Both the position numbers and the translations under genes were made by a program. DNA of 64,000 nt from Octopus sinensis (lineage: Eukaryota): the NCBI RefSeq assembly GCF_006345805.1, contig NC_043000.1:127162001-127226000 (forward strand). The letters are read 5' to 3'. How positions within the stretch are numbered: the first letter of the stretch is position 1; each line of letters opens with the position of its first letter. This document shows, piece by piece, positions 62,915-64,000 of this stretch. Under the pieces are notes generated by a model. The model saw only the letters and a list, made by a program, of their open reading frames with translations. It did no database searches and was not told the DNA's origin.

Positions 62915-63886
62915 CTGAGCAAACAAAAAAAAATCTAATAAGGTCTCCAGCAATTATGTGGATAGCAGGAAGAAATAAAGTTCAGTTTTGTAGTAAAGGG
63001 AGATAGCGTTTATATGGTATTTCACAAATGTCAGTAATATATTTTATTAGATGACAACATGGAAGTATGATGTTTCTTAATAAGAGATTGAATGTTATAC
63101 ATACAGGGCTTCAGTCCATCAAATTGACCGTGCTTCAACACATGTATGCACAAGCCTAGGCAAGATTTTTTCTTGTTTTTGTTTCAGTAAGGCATGCTGT
63201 GTGGTTGAGAATCTTGCTCCTCTATAACATTGTTTTAGGTTCGATCCCATTGCGCAGCACCTTGGGCAAATGTTTTCTACTATAACTTTGGGCTGACTAA
63301 TTGCCTTGTGAGTGAATTTGGTAGACAGAAACTGTGTGGAAATTCATCATAAATATTTTCTTCGATTCTTTTATTTGCTTCAGTTATTTAACTCTGGCCA
63401 TGCTGAAGCACTGCTTTGAAGGGTTTTAGTCGAACAAATTGACCCCAGGACTTATTTTTTAAGGACTCATTCTGTCGGTTTCTTTTGCCAAACTGCTACT
63501 TACAGGGATCATAAATTCACCAACACAGGTTGTCAAGTAGTGATAGAGGACAAACACAGACACAAAGACACACACACACCTAAATATTTACATATAATGC
63601 TTATTGACTTGTTGTTACAAATTAATCTTGTCTCATGTTGCATAAATATTAAGAACATTATCATCATTTTTGCTCCATTCTTCTTTAATCGTTATTAAAA
63701 ATAGTAATATTAATGGTGTATCAGGAGATTTACCTTGAGCTTCTCATTGATTTTCTTATATCGTGTTTTCCCTTGGTTGGAGAATTTACTGAGATCTGAT
63801 TGGTCCTCATTTTTCACCAGTTCTTGTAGCTTTTGATTAATGCGATCAATCACAGTTTGGTAGGACTGCACATCATGTTGTAACAC
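6419..63886 (-). CDS. SYNE1-like: Partial multi-exon gene: giant spectrin-repeat protein, nesprin-1/Msp300-like rod; 16 exons, 2886 nt, 962 aa, open at both ends
   Basis: All 16 exons have AG/GT boundaries and compatible phases and splice into one stop-free frame. Repeated helix-A Trp, C-x-D-x-x-GD and LPNTS-x-x-G motifs. Family assignment is by motif recognition only, and no CH or KASH domain lies in the window, so a spectraplakin/dystrophin-type paralog is not formally excluded. Confidence 0.85.
6930..7082 (-). CDS. SYNE1-like: Exon 15 (153 nt, 0/0): [15 protein letters not shown]...SVKELAQ; not in the ORF track
   Basis: ctttctag acceptor; CAA|GTATGT donor; open frame. Confidence 0.88.
7790..8190 (-). 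mobile_element. Degenerate RTE-LINE 3'-tail copy with internal short tandem units
   Basis: Homology to 21700-22008; (CAT)n end. A second copy on + lies at ~8375-8540. Confidence 0.6.
11200..11526 (-). CDS. SYNE1-like: Exon 14 (327 nt, 0/0): [12 protein letters not shown]...KKGHLQKMK
   Basis: tattttaag acceptor; AAG|GTAAGG donor; lies inside ORF 11053-11916. Confidence 0.9.
11770..12074 (-). repeat. 3' LTR (TGTTGT...ATAACA on +)
   Basis: Aligns with 14748-15051; PPT immediately internal at 12075-12085. Confidence 0.85.
14748..15051 (-). repeat. 5' LTR (TGTCGT...ATCACA on +)
   Basis: Aligns with 11770-12074; PBS-like TGG motif immediately internal at ~14737-14745. Confidence 0.85.
15527..15762 (-). 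mobile_element. tRNA-derived SINE, family 2 (AAGGCGGCGAGCTGGCAGAA head, GAGTTCAAATTC B-box), nested in a family-1 copy
   Basis: Related copies at ~23520-23640, 31445-31670, 32235-32430, 41093-41782 (x3), 44860-45050, 55605-55800, 57410-57630, 62220-62400. Confidence 0.8.
16417..16581 (-). CDS. SYNE1-like: Exon 13 (165 nt, 0/0): [20 protein letters not shown]...KQLEKLQ; not in the ORF track
   Basis: ttttacag acceptor; CAG|GTATTT donor; open frame. Confidence 0.9.
16769..16985 (+). mobile_element. mariner-derived MITE (internally deleted)
   Basis: ~29-bp imperfect TIRs CAAGAGTGTGCTGAAAAGTTCCTGGCTTT / AAAGCTTGGAACTTTTCAGCACTCCCTTG; flanking TA; internal remnant resembling the transposase C-terminus (KCV..GEY.E*). 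Confidence 0.8.
17597..17790. repeat. Fold-back: ~65-bp inverted arms, 62-bp spacer containing its own 12-bp hairpin (17690-17715)
   Basis: Arms 17597-17661 and 17724-17790, about 3 differences. Confidence 0.9.
18078..18444. repeat. AT-rich near-perfect palindrome, 179-bp arms, 9-nt loop
   Basis: Arms 18078-18256 and 18266-18444; 7 mismatches counted, no gaps. Confidence 0.93.
18458..21397 (+). pseudogene. RTE ORF broken only by an in-frame TGA at 20204-20206 (probable CGA>TGA); ORFs 18458-20206 and 20225-21397 are in the same frame
   Basis: [15 protein letters not shown]; 20225-18458=1767 (divisible by 3). First endonuclease motif lost by 5' truncation. Confidence 0.88.
18458..22008 (+). 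mobile_element. RTE-clade LINE, 5'-truncated, single ORF (APE endonuclease + RT), ~600-bp 3' UTR, (GAT)n tail
   Basis: APE motifs [33 protein letters not shown] motifs [35 protein letters not shown]-type C-terminus GRGRPRKTW. Confidence 0.93.
22704..22810. repeat. (GA)n microsatellite 28 nt downstream of the exon 12 donor
   Basis: Direct reading. Confidence 0.95.
22839..22991 (-). CDS. SYNE1-like: Exon 12 (153 nt, 0/0): [16 protein letters not shown]...SVANSAK
   Basis: ctcttttag acceptor; AAG|GTAAAG donor. Confidence 0.9.
26113..26258 (-). CDS. SYNE1-like: Exon 11 (146 nt, phase 1/0): (E)[20 protein letters not shown]...KQLEDNM; not in the ORF track
   Basis: gtaaacag acceptor; ATG|GTAATT donor; phase complements exon 10. 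Confidence 0.88.
27659..27839 (-). CDS. SYNE1-like: Exon 10 (181 nt, phase 0/1): [13 protein letters not shown]...EAQQSKM; not in the ORF track
   Basis: ctttctag acceptor; TGG|GTTAGT donor; open frame. Confidence 0.88.
34041..34205 (-). CDS. SYNE1-like: Exon 9 (165 nt, 0/0): [20 protein letters not shown]...QLHRIQ
   Basis: cattttttag acceptor; CAG|GTAATT donor. Confidence 0.9.
34990..35452 (-). mobile_element. Decayed Tc1/mariner transposase remnant
   Basis: ORF 35144-35386 contains [29 protein letters not shown], resembling the catalytic region; only one TIR-like end (~35425-35452) seen. Confidence 0.6.
35545..35978. mobile_element. Two opposed RTE 3'-tail copies (about 35545-35660 on -, 35655-35978 on +), followed by (TA)n
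   Basis: Homology to 21800-22008. Confidence 0.65.
37172..37318 (-). CDS. SYNE1-like: Exon 8 (147 nt, 0/0): [17 protein letters not shown]...DLVTSAQ
   Basis: ttttgttag acceptor; CAG|GTAACT donor. Confidence 0.9.
38173..38500 (-). mobile_element. RTE 3'-tail copy
   Basis: CATCATCGTTTAAC...CCATGCTAGCATGG...; homology to 21800-22008. Confidence 0.7.
40521..40847 (-). CDS. SYNE1-like: Exon 7 (327 nt, 0/0): [13 protein letters not shown]...KLTLDRVM
   Basis: atcattcag acceptor; ATG|GTTTGT donor. Confidence 0.9.
41029..41092. repeat. (AAT)n microsatellite
   Basis: Direct reading. Confidence 0.9.
41851..42150 (+). mobile_element. tRNA-derived SINE, family 3, with a 12-bp TSD
   Basis: A-box TGGCCAAATGG, B-box GGTTCGAATCT; TSD atactgtttgtt (41839-50) / ataccgtttgtt (42151-62). 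Partly related copies at ~8690-8920, 9330-9570, 23645-23900, 31930-32240, 42700-42940, 58400-58700. Confidence 0.8.
42265..42429 (-). CDS. SYNE1-like: Exon 6 (165 nt, 0/0): [16 protein letters not shown]...KIKNIQ
   Basis: tttttcag acceptor; CAG|GTATAA donor. Confidence 0.9.
43077..43226 (-). CDS. SYNE1-like: Exon 5 (150 nt, 0/0): [16 protein letters not shown]...VVYSNIK; not in the ORF track
   Basis: ctctttcag acceptor; AAA|GTAAGA donor; open frame. Confidence 0.88.
43450..43950 (-). mobile_element. Ancient LINE (RTE-like) RT fragment
   Basis: Hand translation gives [12 protein letters not shown] and [13 protein letters not shown]...VFHC, resembling RT subdomains 3-5 with frameshifts and stops. 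Confidence 0.4.
44629..44787 (-). CDS. SYNE1-like: Exon 4 (159 nt, 0/0): [15 protein letters not shown]...QWNILT
   Basis: ctgttatag acceptor; ACG|GTAATT donor. Confidence 0.9.
45029..45198. repeat. Fold-back inverted duplication covering a SINE head and its flank
   Basis: ~57-bp arms; the two ORF-track entries starting MLPSVF on opposite strands reflect it. Confidence 0.85.
46341..46505 (-). CDS. SYNE1-like: Exon 3 (165 nt, 0/0): [13 protein letters not shown]...FVAAIVQ
   Basis: ttccatcag acceptor; CAG|GTGAGA donor. Confidence 0.9.
51651..51945 (-). mobile_element. Young RTE 3'-tail copy inserted next to (TA)n, with a 63-bp internal tandem duplication
   Basis: High similarity to 21800-22008; unit repeats at 51821 and 51884. 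Confidence 0.8.
55978..56155. mobile_element. Tc1/mariner-superfamily (Tc2/pogo-like) MITE
   Basis: TIRs CTGTATTTTAA(T/C)GTG...AAG.AAC with flanking TA on both sides. Confidence 0.7.
56730..56894 (-). CDS. SYNE1-like: Exon 2 (165 nt, 0/0): [16 protein letters not shown]...HRLTKIQ
   Basis: ttattcacag acceptor; CAG|GTAAAT donor. Confidence 0.9.
57110..57328. mobile_element. piggyBac-like MITE
   Basis: TTAA on both sides (57106-09, 57329-32); degenerate termini CCATTTA.../...TAAAAGG. Confidence 0.55.
57893..58310 (+). mobile_element. RTE LINE 3' fragment (end of ORF + 3' tail), diverged subfamily
   Basis: Similar to 21290-21400 and 21800-22008; (GAT)n tail. Another ORF-end fragment lies at ~55300-55470. 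Confidence 0.65.
63734..63886 (-). CDS. SYNE1-like: Exon 1 of 16 in window (153 nt, 0/0): [16 protein letters not shown]...KINEKLK
   Basis: tctttgcag acceptor; AAG|GTAAAT donor. Confidence 0.9.
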
Positions 63887-64000
63887 CTGCAAAGAAAATA
63901 CCATTTTAGAAAATAATTTACTCTTTTTAATTTCCTCTAAAGGATTAAATCATTTTATTTTATTTTAATATCCTTTTGTAAATCTAGCTGATAGATTCCA

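Noticed and set aside
1-64000. CRISPR array, rRNA or prokaryotic operon
   Set aside because: No regularly spaced repeat-spacer array or rRNA similarity seen; the sequence is clearly spliceosomal-intron eukaryotic DNA.

Overview
Eukaryotic, AT-rich, intron-dominated 64-kb window. The SINE, RTE-LINE and microsatellite repertoire looks octopod-like, which is an inference from repeat families only. Host gene: 16 internal GT-AG exons (2886 nt, 962 codons, one continuous frame) on the minus strand, encoding tandem spectrin repeats of nesprin-1/Msp300 type. The gene enters and leaves the window. The exons follow a strict ~153/165/327-nt three-exon, two-repeat period. Introns contain: (i) a very young head-to-head inverted pair of Penelope-like elements (RT + GIY-YIG) with a minimal type-I hammerhead ribozyme, where the inversion junction falls on the predicted self-cleavage site; (ii) an old Gypsy-type LTR element lacking RT/RNase H; (iii) a 5'-truncated RTE LINE with a single in-frame nonsense codon; (iv) mariner, Tc2/pogo-like and piggyBac-like MITEs; (v) dozens of tRNA-derived SINEs and RTE 3' tails; (vi) several unexplained fold-back palindromes, including a 179-bp-arm AT-rich palindrome abutting the RTE. 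No rRNA, bona fide tRNA or CRISPR array was found. All calls were made by eye, without database searches. SINE and tail boundaries are approximate.
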